A stretch of DNA of 64,000 nucleotides, taken from Basidiobolus meristosporus CBS 931.73 (taxonomy: Eukaryota; Fungi; Basidiobolomycota). Shown here one piece after another: positions 40,714-53,265 of this stretch. The first letter of the stretch is position 1, and every line of letters begins with the position of its first letter. A program made the position numbers and the translations under genes. The notes under the pieces are model-generated. The model ran no database searches and was not told where the DNA came from. It saw only the letters and a list, made by a program, of their open reading frames with translations. The stretch is from contig MCFE01000290.1 of assembly GCA_002104905.1 (NCBI GenBank), forward strand, positions 38,715 to 102,714. The letters are read 5' to 3'.

Positions 40714-40744
40714 GGTTATGAGCCCCAAGCTGTCACTCTCTGCA

Positions 40745-43700
40745 ATGTCTACTACTGCTATTACTGGAATTTTTCCCTCTGCTGAAAAGTTGGATGGATC
40801 TAACTACCAAGTGTGGAAGGTGAAGATGAAGATGCTGCTGCAAGAAAGAGGCCTTTGGGATATTTTCATGGGAGAAGAATGCCCTCCTAAAAACGTGGGA
40901 GAGGAAGCCTTAAAGTACCAGAAGAAAGAACAAAGTGCCTTTAACTGCATTTGCCTTAATGTCAAGGACAAATTGCTAATTCAATGCTCAAGAGCAAAAA
41001 CGGCAAAGAATGCCTGGAAGGCATTAGAAGACACCTACCAGTCATGTTCAGCTGCCAAGAAAATGTATCTGAGAAGAAAATTCTTTACTACAAAGATGCT
41101 GCCAGGAGAAGAAATGAAAAATCTAATTAACAGAATTACCCTGCTGGTAGATGAGATGGAATCTGTGGGCGTACCAACTACTGATGAGGATGTGATAGTT
41201 ACCATCCTGAATAGCCTGACCGACGAGTTTCAGGGCCTTGTATCAGCCCTAGAGTCCAGAACTGAAGATTTGACCTTAAATTACGTATATGGAAGGCTCC
41301 TGGATGAAGAATTAAGAAAATCAAGCGCCAATAAGAAGGAAGAAGAAAATGCTTTAATAAGCAATGATAACCAGCAAAGGAGGTACCCAAGACCCTACAA
41401 AGGCAACAGCAACCTATTTTGCAACTACTGCAAAAGGAAAGGACACACATCAGACCGGTGTTTCAAAAAGAGAGATTATCAGCAAAAGAAGCCTGAATAT
41501 GGAAATGCTGCAACAACTGAAGATAGACTATTCATATCTGCCCTAAATATGACCACAAACAAGGATTCTCAGACGTGGTATATTGACTCTGGAGCTTCTC
41601 AACACTTTACACACCAAAAAGAACTTTTTACCCAATATCAAGAAATTCCAATTAAGAAGGTTTTCATGGGTGATGATAGAACACTTGATGCAGTGGGAGA
41701 AGGAACTATCCAAGTAAACCTTAGAAGCAGTAAAGGAAGCCATACACTGACCTTTAAAGAAGTACTCTATGTACCAGAAATAGCCAAGAACCTACTCTCT
41801 GTAAGCAAGGCCACAGCAGAAGGACTCAGTTTTCAGTTTTGACAATTCTGGATGCAGGATCACTGATCAAAATGGTGCTCATATTGCTTCGGGCATCAGA
41901 GATCAGAATCTATACAAGTTGACTTATATTCCATCATATCTGGAAGCCAATATAAGTAACTTAAATGAAGAAACACCAATGCTTTGGCACAGGAGATTTG
42001 GACACATCAATTTTGATTATTTGCGTAAAATGATCAAAGATCAGCTAATTTCTGGAGTGAAAATTGATCCCCCAGCTATTTTGGAGCACTGTGAAGCCTG
42101 CATATATGGGAAACAAGCCAGACAACCGTTCAAGAGCTCTGGGTTAATCAAAACTAAGAAAAAATTAGATCTAATTCACTCAGATCTGTGTGGACCTATG
42201 CAAAATTTATCCTTAGGCGGGATGAAGTATTTAATCACTTTTATTGATGATTATACAAGATACACATGGGTCTACTTCATGGAGAGAAAGGAAGAAGCTC
42301 TGTCTAAGTTCAGGGAGTTTAAAGCCATGGTGGAGAGAGAAACTGGTGAAAAAATCAAGAAAATATGCTCTGACAATGGTGGAGAATATACCTCAAAACT
42401 CTTCATCCACTTCTGCAAAATTCATGGGATAAAGCAAGAGACTACTGTACCATACTACCCACAGCAAAATGGAGTAGCAGAACAAGCTAACAGATCAATA
42501 ATTGATATGGCAAGATCTATGATCCATGATCAAAAATTATCCTATGATTTTTGGGCAGAATCAGTTGCCACTGCTGTATGTCTTAAAAATAGGAGTTATA
42601 ACAGAATACTTCGTGATTCTACTCCATTTGAAGCATGGTATGGACACAGACCAAGTGCAGAACATCTAAGAATATTTGGGTGTACAGCATATGCCAAAAA
42701 AACTGGCCGGAAATCAGTCAAAATTTGACCCAAAAAGTGTAAAATGCATATTTTTGGGCTACTGCAATGAGAGTAAGGCATACAGACTCTTCAATACCGA
42801 AGCAAAGAAGCTGATCAAGTCCAGGGATGTGTTGTTTGATGAAAATTCAAAATTTTCACAAAAAATGACATCAGATGATGACAAAAATTTGATCTCAAGT
42901 CCACCAATTGTCAGGATTGAATCAGAGCAAAACAATGAAAATTTTTTCACTCCAGAGGACTCTACAACCGTGGTTCAGCCAGAATCAGTGCCCAGGAATA
43001 TCCCAGAAGTGATCATTCCAGTATCAAATGCCCGGAGATCCAATCGGACAAGAAATAGCCCAAATTACTATATCAATGAGGGTACAAACTTAGCCTATGC
43101 CTATTCAGTCCATGTTGATGAACCCCAGACTGTAAAAGAGGCCCTAAATAGCCCTCAGACAAAGTTTTGGAGATCTGCAATGACTGAGGAATATCAGGCA
43201 CTGATGGAAAATCAAACTTGGGACTTAGTCAAATTACCAATCAACCGAAAATCAATTGGATGCAGATGGGTCTTCAAGACAAAATACAAGGCTGATGGTA
43301 CAATTGAAAGATACAAAGCCAGACTTGTAGCCAAAGGATACTCTCAAACAAAAGGACTTGACTATACTGAGACCTTTGCACCGGTAGCCAAGTTTAATTC
43401 CATCAGATTAATATTGGCTATTGCAGCCAAATATAAGTTTTTTATTCATCAAATGGATGTAAAAACTGCATTTTTGAATGGAGAACTTGATGAGGACATG
43501 TATATGGACCAGCCTGATGGGTTTGTTGACCAAGATAACCCCCATTTGGTCTGCAAGCTTAAAAAGTCACTATATGGTCTCAAACAATCACCAAGAGCCT
43601 GGAATTGCAAGATAGATTCTTATTTGGAATCTTTGAGTTTCAAAAGGAGTAATGCTGACTATAGTATATACTATAAGCCAGATAGAGCAAATCCAGTTCT

Positions 43701-44691
43701 ATTAGCTCTATATGTGGATGATCTTATTATAGCCACCAATAACCTAGAAACATTGGAAGAGACTAAATCCAGCCTATCTAAGGAGTTCAAGATGTCCGAT
43801 CTAGGAGAACTCAGTTACTACTTAGGGATTAAGTTCTCCATAGACAGAAGTACCCAGACTATTACCCTAAGCCAATCCAAGTATATTCAAGATATACTAA
43901 AGAAGTACAAAATGGAAGACTGTAAACCGGCAGCTACCCCAATGGAGACAAACCTTAACTTGGTCAAAACTCAACCAAATCAAGAGAGCTTGATGCCATC
44001 TGAAAGCCCTGACTTTGCTTATCAATCTATGGTCGGCAGTCTGATGTATATCATGCTTGGAACACGTCCAGATATCTCATATTCAGTGGGAGTTGTCAGC
44101 CAACATAATCAGAATTATGGATCTGATCATATTGCAGCAGTTAAGCGGATTTTTAGATACCTAAAAGGAACTGCTGATATCTGCTTAAGATACACTTATA
44201 AGGATTCAGAACAGGATCTTGTGGGATGCTCTGATGCTGATTGGGGACGAAATTTAGAAGACAGAAGATCCACCACAGGATACACCTTTCTTTACTGTAA
44301 AGGAGCCATTTCATGGAATTCAAGAAAGCAACCAACTGTAGCACTTTCTACTACAGAGGCAGAGTATATGGCAGCCTGTGAAGCTACAAAAGAAGCAATG
44401 TGGTTAAGAAAGCTCTTTACAGATTTAGGCCTATGTCAAAAAACGCCTATTACTTTATTTCAAGATAATCAAGGATGTATACAATTAGGTAGAAATCCAA
44501 CTTTTCATGCTAGAACCAAGCACATAGATATTAGACATCATTTCATACGTGAAGCTATAGAGAATAACTTAGTTAGCTTAGTTTACTGTCCTACAGATGA
44601 AATGATTGCAGACATATTTACCAAACCATTAGCTAGAGACAAGTTTGAATATCTTAGGTCAAAATTAGGACTAGTCAGTATGAACATTTAG
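40745..44691 (+). CDS. Copia Gag-Pol polyprotein, split by two +1 homopolymer frameshifts (~41830 and ~42700)
   Basis: LDGSNYQVW, CNYCKRKGHTSDRC knuckle, WYIDSGAS protease, LWHRRFGH, HSDLCGP...SDNGGEY...QNGVAEQ integrase, QMDVKTAFLNG, YVDD RT and KHIDIRHHF RNase H. Confidence 0.9.
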
Positions 44692-44702
44692 CTGAGTGGG
44701 AG

Positions 44703-45052
44703 TGTTGTAAAAATTCGTATTTTCCACCTAAATATTCACCTAACTTAGTCACTTAGATCACCACCTTCAAATCCTAGAGAATACTGACCAAATTCCTTGT
44801 CGGGATTTACTTAGAATATTTTCACCAAAATACCAGGTACCCAGAACATGAAAATTCTCAAAGTTGTCCAAACAGCCCCAAACTTTGCACACATGTTCTT
44901 GGGACCTTCCTTAACCTATTCTACGTGTTTGTAATGCCAAGACCATGTAAAAGTATAAATACTACTTTTACATTCAATAAATCATTAAGTGAAAACCACA
45001 TAATTTACTTGTTCTCCCAATCACTTCCAATATCTCCAAGACTCTTACAACA
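44703..45052 (+). repeat. 3' LTR of the young Copia
   Basis: Direct repeat of 40364-40713. Confidence 0.97.
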
Positions 45053-48000
45053 TTTCTTAGCATACCAATGCTGGTTCAATATCTGCTTTTACTTGAATCC
45101 AGGATAATGCTCATTAAACAAGCCAAGTATTTGCTGCTTGTCCATAAGTTCCTGATGGTTCCATTATATGCTTGCCTTAAGATGATGCTGTGCTAGACTT
45201 CTAATGACCTCTGAGTATTAGCCCACTCTTAATCTTTGCATTCAATAGCTTGACAGATCTTCAATGTCTTTTGATTTTTAGGCTTGGGTAAAAACATCAC
45301 AGTGTCTTCCTCCTGGGCTGTAATAGGTTCTTTAGTAGGCTTTTATTTGGGTAAAGTACTTATGCTTCAAAGACTCAATGATGCCCCTATGTAGATGCCT
45401 TGGCAAATGGCTCAGCTCTTGGCTGTGACATTGAGCTTCTTGAGTTCCTTTCTTACAACTGAGATACTGCATTATCTAGCTGGGATATTGGTTGCTCTAC
45501 AAGTATTATCTACTCATCCTTTTCCTGGATTATCTCCTGACTTCACTGAACCATAGCATTTATCCCACTAACCACTGCTCTTAATTACCTCACTAAGGCT
45601 TCAGTATGAGTAAACAGCATATTTGCCAGTGTAGGTAGTGGTGTGTTATAATGGCTAATTGCTGGTGTTCAGCCAAAGGTATTGCATTTGCTTCATTCTT
45701 GTCTACCTGAGCATTATGTTGAACTTGTGGCTCCGCAAAGATTTTCAGTTGCCTACTTGACTAGGAGCCTGATGAGTCCACATTAGTATCTTTGGTGGGC
45801 ACACTGTTAACATAGCCTTTGTTGCATGTGTTGTAAAAATCTGTAACACCTGAATATTCATCTAACTTAGTCACTTAAATCATTACCTTTAAATCCTAGA
45901 GAACACTGACCAAATGCCTTGTTGGGATTTACTTAGAATTTTTTCACCACAATATCAGGTACCCAAAACATGAAAATTTTCAAAGTTGTCCAAACAGCCC
46001 CAAACTTTGCACATGTTCTTGGGACCTTCCTTAGCCTATTCTACATGTTGTTATGCCATGACTATGCAGAAGCAGAAATACTACTTTTACATTTCATAAA
46101 TCATTAAGTGAAAACCACATAATCTACTGGACCTCCAAGATCACTTCTAATATCTCCAAGACTCATGCAACAGGTTATGAGCCCCAAGCTATCACTTACT
46201 GCAATGTCTACCACTGCTAATACTGGAACTTTTCCCACTGCTGAAAAGTTGGAAGGATCCAACTACCAAGTGTGAAAGGTGAAGATCAAGATGCTGCTAC
46301 AGCTAGGGGGTCTTTGGGATATTGTCATGGGAGAAGAATACCCTCCTAAAAATGCAGGAGAAGAATCCTTAAAGCACCAGAAGAAAGAACAAAGTGCCGT
46401 TAACTGCATTTGCCTTAATGTCAAAGTCAAATTTCTAATTCACTGCTTGAGAGCAAAAATTGCAAACAATGCCAGGAAGGCATTAGTAGACACCTACCAG
46501 TCATGTTTAGCTGCCAAGAAATTGCATCTGAGACAAATATCTTTACTACAATGATGCTGCCTGGAGCAGAAATGTAAAATCTAATCAATAAAATTACCCT
46601 GCTGGTGGATGAGATGGAATCTGTAGGTGTACCAACTACTGATGAGGATATGATAGTAACCATCCTGAATAGCCTGACAGATGGGCTTCACAGCCTTGTG
46701 TCAGCCCTGCAGTCCACAGCTGAAGATTTAATCTTGAATTATGTATATGAAAGGCTCCTGGATGAAGAATAAAGAAAATCATGTTCCAATAAGAAGGGAG
46801 AGGAAAATGCTTGAATAAGCTATAATAATCCACAAAGGTGGTACCCAAGACCCTACAAATGCAACAGCAACGTGTTTTGCAGCTACTACAAAAGACAAGG
46901 ATGTACATCAGACAGGTGTCTTAAAAAGTGATATAATCAGCAAAGGAAGCCAAAATATAGAAATACTGCAACTACTGAATATAGACTGCTCATAACTGTA
47001 ATAAATACAAGCACAAACAAGGATTCTCATATGTGGTATATATACTCTGGAGCATCTCAACATTTTATATACCAAAGAGAACTTTTTACCCAATAGCAAG
47101 AGATTCCAACTAGGAAGGTTTTCATGGGTGACAATAGAAAACTCAAAGCAGTGGGAGAAGGAACTATCCAAGTTAACCTTATAAGAAGTGAAGGAAGTCA
47201 TACACTGACCTGCAAAGAAGTACTCTTCATATCAGAAATAGCTAAGAACCTACTATTTGTAAGCAAGGCCACTGTAGAAGTACTTAGTTTTAGCTTTGAC
47301 AATTCCAAATATAGGATCACTGTCAAAAAGGTGCACATATTGCTTTGCGCATCAGAGATCATAGTCTATACAAGCTTACTTATATTCCATCATATCTGGA
47401 AGCCAATATATGCAACTTAATTGAAGAAACACCAATGAATTGGCATAGGAGATTTGGGGACATGAATTTTTATTATTTGTGCAACATGAATACAGATTAG
47501 CTAATTTCTAGAGTGAAAATTGATCCCCCAGCTAGTTTGGAGCACTGTAAGATCCACATATTTGAGAAACATGCCAGACAACCATTCAAGAGCTCTGGGT
47601 CAATCAAAACTAAGAAAAAAGTATATCTAATTCACTCAGATCTGTGTGGCCCAATGCAAGATTTATCCTTAGGAGGATGATATATTTAATCATATTCATT
47701 AATGATTATGCAAGATATATGTGGGTCTACTTCATGGAGAGAAAGAAAGAAGCTCTGTCTAAGATCCGGAAATTTAGAGTCAAGGTGGAGAGAGAAACTT
47801 GTGAAAATCAAGAAACATGCTCAGACAATGGTGGAGAATGTACCTCAGAACTCTTTATCCACTCCTGCAAAATTCATGGGTTAATGCAAGAGACTACTAT
47901 ACCATACTCTCCACAGCAAAATGAAGTAGCAGAACATGCGTAGATATCAATAGCCAATATGGTAAGATTAATGTTCAATGATTGAAAAGTATCCTATGAC

Positions 48001-49283
48001 TTTTTGGTGGAACCAATTGCCACAGCTTTTTACCTTGAAAATAAGGATTATAACAGAATACTTTGTGATTCCACTCCATTTGAAGCCTGGTATGGATGCA
48101 GACCAAGTGCAAAACATCTACAAATATTTTGTTGTTCAGCATATGCCAAGAAACTGCCCAGAAATGGGTTAAAAATTGAGCCAAAAAGTATAAAATGTTT
48201 CTTTGGGCTACTGCAAAGGGAGTGAAGCATACAGACTCTACAGTACCAAAGCAAGAAGCTAATCAAGTACAGGGATGTGTTGTTTGATTGAGATTCATGA
48301 TATTCACAAAAAATGATATCAGATGATGACAAAAATCTGATCTTAAGTCCAGCAATTGTCAGGATTGAATCAAAGCAAACAATAAAACTTTTCACTCCAG
48401 AGGACTCTACAACCATGGTTCAGCCTGAAGTAGTGCTCAGGAATACCCCAGAAGTGATTATCCCAGTATCAAATGCCCAGAGCTCTAACTGGACAAAAAA
48501 TAGTGCAAATACAATGTAAATGAGGGTACAAATTTAGCTTACACCTATTCAGTCCATATTGGGAAATGCCACGCTGCAAAAGAAGCCCAAATAGCCCTCT
48601 GACAAAGTTTTGGTGATCTGCAATGACTGAAGAATATCAGGCCCTGATGGAAAATCAAACTTGGGATTTGGTCAAATTACCAATCAACTAATAATGATTT
48701 GGATACAGATGGGTCTTTAAGACAAAATACAAGGCCAATGGTACAATTGAAAGAAACAAAGCAAGACTTGTGGCCAAATAATGCTTTCAAACAAAAGGAC
48801 AGACTATACTGAGACTTTTGTGCTGGTAGCCAAGGTTAATTCCATCAGAATCATATTGGCTATTGCAGCCAAATATAAGATTATTAAGTAGAGATTTGGC
48901 CGGACCATTTGGTCCAATTTGGACCAAATGGTCTAATTAAATCCAAGTGTTTTTTCTGGATGGGTGTCTTACTTTGTTTATTTCATATCATATTCTGATA
49001 AACAAGAATCTGAATATTTATTTTTTGGAGTTGTTTTGATAATTCGTCATATTTGTTTTATCTTTTCTTAAGACTTAAACCATGCCTCCTGCCAGTAAAC
49101 ATCTTGATGTTAATGTGCATGTATCAGTATCCAAGCAATTTATCAGACATAAGGAAGTCAAACAACTTTTATCTCTGCGTTTTGACTGGAATACACCTGG
49201 TTTGAGCTTCAAGGGAGTTACCATTGCATGCTCAACAGTCAATGGCAATGTGAAATATGATGTCATTTTGGATCTGGTACCGG

Positions 49284-51437
49284 TTTGGTGGTGTATAGGT
49301 CCAAGGGAGAGATACGTCCAACACTTCTCAAGTGTTTTGTGTGTGGGGTGTTCACTGGGTGCGATAACCTCTGGCAAAAGCTTGCTAGGAATACTTGGGT
49401 TCTGTCTCTAATCTAATGGGAAGGGGAATAAAGCCACAAGCTTGTCAAGGGAAAACTATTGAGCTACAATCCCCAACTTAGTTGGCGTCTTAACAAAAGT
49501 ATGTGATGGGCTCAGCATCCTTTGAGATGACAATGTACTAAAGCTTCCAAAGTCAAAACAACTGTAAACTCCACCAGCAGGGACTTGATAAGAATGCAGC
49601 TGTGGTTAATAGTTACAAAGACAGAAAAGTATTTTTGGCTGTACAAGAACAAACTTGGGAAAGAATCAAATATAATAAAAGATACCTACTCTGAGTATTC
49701 CTCACAAGTAGTGCCTCCAAGGTCAGTTGGCTGTCAGTGCGGTTTCCTGGGAGTGTCCTGTGGTCTGGGGTTGGAAGTTCAGGTAGCAGAAGGTAGCAGT
49801 GATCACACTAATCAACAAGTTGGTATATTGATTAAAGGGATGATGATTTATTGTTGAGGGATAGCCTCCCTTATATACTTTTCTTACTGGCTAAGTGATT
49901 ACTAATCATGGTGTTCCAGAAGGTTCCGGATATCAATAGAAATCTTAATGACATCAGAATGACCTAAGAATGTTCTAAGTAGGAGCCGGAAGGTTCTAAG
50001 AGGCACAGCACATCCAACCAATCAGGAATCAGTATTCTGAAACCTGTGTAACATGGGGATACCATATATAGTATGGAAATGGTAGGGATGGTGACACGGG
50101 CTGATCAGGTGTCACGGGTACTGGCGCGGGTACTGCCTAATACAGAAGTACTTGAAGCTAGTAATCTTACATAAAGTAAGGGGTAACTTATGCAATACGG
50201 TAAGCAGGTGTGATAGTCAACCGGTGTAGTGGGGTCACAGTGACACCCACAGGCAGATGTGCTCATTCTTATGCGTTCACTTCCCTAAAAAGGATTACCC
50301 CGCCTATATTATTATCATCCCAAATTTGCAATATTTCCTATTTTTGTCTATGTGATTATTACTATGCAACCTGACAAACTATTTGCCACTATTAACCCAT
50401 TGCACAAGCTATTCTTATTCCTTGCCGAGATGCCAAGATAAGATAGTTACCTTATAAGGCAAGTACCCCAACAGTGCCCATGTCACGTGACCATCTTGGT
50501 TTCATAATCCCCCCATCTCACTACCATAAGAGGCAACCACATGACACAGAGGTTTCATGTTACCACTACCTGATTGGCTAGGTGCTACTATGTCTCATGG
50601 AACAATCTGCCAAGAATTTGCGCTATTTTTAGTACACAAAGACATGATTGGTTGTCTACTACCTTCTGGAAACTTCCGGAAAGTATTTTCTAGCAAGAAA
50701 TTGAGCAGCAAAAAAGTATATAAGGGAGGCTATCCCTTAAAATAAATCATCCCTCTTCCAATATTCTGACTTATTGATTAGTGAGATCACCGCTACCTAT
50801 TACCACTATTTTCTGACTCAGACCTGACAACACTCCCAGGAAACCGCGCTGACAGCCAACTGACCTTGGAGGCACTACTTGTGAGGAATACTCAGAGTAG
50901 GTATATTTTATTATATTTGTTTGTTTTCCCAAGTTTGTTCTTGTACAGGCAAAGATACTTTTCAGTCTTTGTAACTATTGGTCAAAGCTGCATTCTTATC
51001 AAGTCCCTGTTGGTGGAGTTTACAGTTGTTTTGACTTTGGAAGCTTTAGTACATTGTCATCTCAAAGGACGTCGAAGCCATTATAAACTTTTGTTAAGAC
51101 GCCAACTAAGTTGGGGATTGTAGTTCAATAGTTTTCCCTTGACAAGCTTGAGGCTTTATCCCCCATCACATTAGATTAGATAAAAGACCCAGTATTCCTA
51201 GCAAGCTTTTGCCAGAGGTTATCACACCCAGTGAACACCCCACACACATTCACACTTGAGAAGTGTTGGCCGTATTTTGCCCTTTGGACTTATACACCAC
51301 CACACCGGCTTATGGGGTAGTACTGATTGGGTAAGACAAGTGGGATAAAACTAAAATAAGTGTAGTAGAGATATAGGGAAGTAGAAAATAAGGGAATGAG
51401 CACATCTGTCAGTGGGTGTCACTGTCACCCCATTACA
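49284..51437 (+). mobile_element. Solo-LTR-like element A (~1070 bp net), with copy B nested inside
   Basis: Ends T(T)TGGTGGTG...CCCCATTACA; CCGG duplicated at 49280-83 and 51438-41; non-coding. Confidence 0.8.
50225..51304 (-). mobile_element. Solo-LTR-like element B, inverted, inserted into A
   Basis: Ends TGTGGTGGTG...CCCCACTACA on the - strand; CCGG duplicated at 50221-24 and 51305-08. Confidence 0.8.
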
Positions 51438-52194
51438 CCGGGGATTTCATTGACTCTTTCACAAAACTGTTTAAAGTATATCAAGACTAACAGTAATGAT
51501 ACCTTGGGAAACATTGAACCTGCAACTGCTAATACTACCAAGAGTATTGTTACTGAAGACCTATTGGAGGATGCAATCCAAGAAGAGGAGCAGGAGGAAG
51601 ATGAAATTGACCTTACTGCAGCAGACACCTGGATAACTGGGGAAGTATATATTGATTCCCGTACAAGTAGGCCAGCTGATGGTTTTACCTCCTTAAAAGC
51701 TTGGTTAAGTATGAAAAATGCTAGAAATTCCTCACCACTGGATTACTTCTTGTTCTTCCTTCCTTTAGATCACTTTTGCACTATTGTTTGGAGGATTAAT
51801 GCTTATGCAACTAGCATTGGCCCCTGGACTGACATTACATTTGCCAAGTACATGATGTGGATTGCATTAATAACTATAATGACAGTTATCAATCATTCCA
51901 ACAAAAAAGCTTACTGGAAGCAAGGCTCTTCTCATTTCTTAATGAACATTGACTTTACAGAATATATGTTGTGTAGAAGATTTAAAGGGATTCTGAAAAT
52001 GCACGTTCTTGAAATCCCTTCCCATGAACATCAAGAAATCAATGCTCTTTATCAAATAAGATCAACTATTGACGCCTTTAATGAACACATGAAAACTTGT
52101 TTAGAGCCCTGGAAGTATTTAGTCATTGACAAATCAATGAATCAATGGTTAGGAGCTGGTTTGCCCAATGTTAAGAAAGTTCCAAGGAAGCCAC

Positions 52195-53265
52195 TGTGCT
52201 GGTGTATAAGTCCAAGGGAGAGATACGTCCAACACTTCTCAAGTGTCTTGTGTGTGGGGTGCTCACTGGGTGTGATCACCTCTGGCAAAAGCTTGCTAGG
52301 AATATTTGGGTTCTGTCTCTAATCTAATGTGAAGGGCAATAAAGCCACAAGCTTGTCAAGGGAAAACTATTGAGCTACAATCCCCAACTTAGTTGGCGTC
52401 TTAACAAAAGTATGTGATGGGCTCAGCATCCTTTGAGATGACAATGTACTAAAGCTTCCAAAGTCAAAACAACTGTAAACTCCACCAGCAGGGACTTGAT
52501 AAGAATGCAGCTGTGGTTAATAGTTACAAAGACAGAAAAGTATTTTTGGCTGTACAAGAACAAACTTGGGAAAGAATCAAATATAATAAAAGATACCTAC
52601 TCTGAGTATTCCTCACAAGTAGTGCCTCCAAGGTCAGTTGGCTGTCAGTGCGGTTTCCTGGGAGTGTCCTGTGGTCTGGGGTTGGAAGTTCAGGTAGCAG
52701 AAGGTAGCAGTGATCACACTAATCAACAAGTTGGTATATTGATTAAAGGGATGATGATTTATTGTTGAGGGATAGCCTCCCTTATATACTTTTCTTACTG
52801 GCTAAGTGATTACTAATCATGGTGTTCCAGAAGGTTCCGGATATCAATAGAAATCTTAATGACATCAGAATGACCTAAGAATGTTCTAAGTAGGAGCCGG
52901 ATGGTTCTAAGAGGCACAGCACATCCAACCAATCAGGAATCAGTATTCTGAAACCTGTGTAACATGGGGATACCATATATGGTATGGAAATGGTGGGGAT
53001 GGTGACATGGGTTGATCATGTGTCACTGGTACTGGTGTGGGTACTTGCCTAATATAGAAGCACTTATAGCTAGTAATTTTACATAAAGTGAGGGGTAACT
53101 TATGCAATAAGGTAAGCAGGTGTGATAGTCAACCGGCTTATGGGATAGTACTGATTGGGTAAGACAAATGGGATAAAACTAAAATAAATGTAGTAGAGAT
53201 ATAGGGAAGTAGAAAATAAGGGAATGAGCACATCTGTCAGTGGGTGTCACTGTCACCCCACTACA
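52195..53265 (+). mobile_element. Solo-LTR-like element C
   Basis: 1071 bp, colinear with A; flanks CCAC (52191-94) and CCGC (53266-69). Confidence 0.8.

Larger units (their letters stand above)
40364..45052 (+). mobile_element. Young, full-length Ty1/Copia LTR retrotransposon
   Basis: 350-bp TG...CA LTRs with 3 mismatches; 5-bp TSD TTTCT (40359-63 and 45053-57); PBS GGTTATGAGCCC at 40714; purine-rich tract before the 3' LTR; order gag-PR-INT-RT-RH. Confidence 0.97.

Noticed and set aside
40586-40744. N-terminal extension of the 418-aa ORF, and the 60-aa ORF at 44925
   Set aside because: Read-through of LTR sequence from a GTG. Gag starts at ATG 40745.
41820-42730. Programmed ribosomal frameshifts in the Copia pol
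   Set aside because: The positions (after PR and inside INT) are atypical, and the sister copy is in frame at both, so they are indels or sequencing errors.
48903-48933. Palindrome as a CRISPR repeat or terminator
   Set aside because: Not regularly spaced with spacers; eukaryotic context; explained as a piggyBac subterminal repeat.
49585-52768. Two identical 90-aa ORFs as a duplicated small gene
   Set aside because: They start at TTG inside the non-coding solo-LTR repeat and have no protein-like features.
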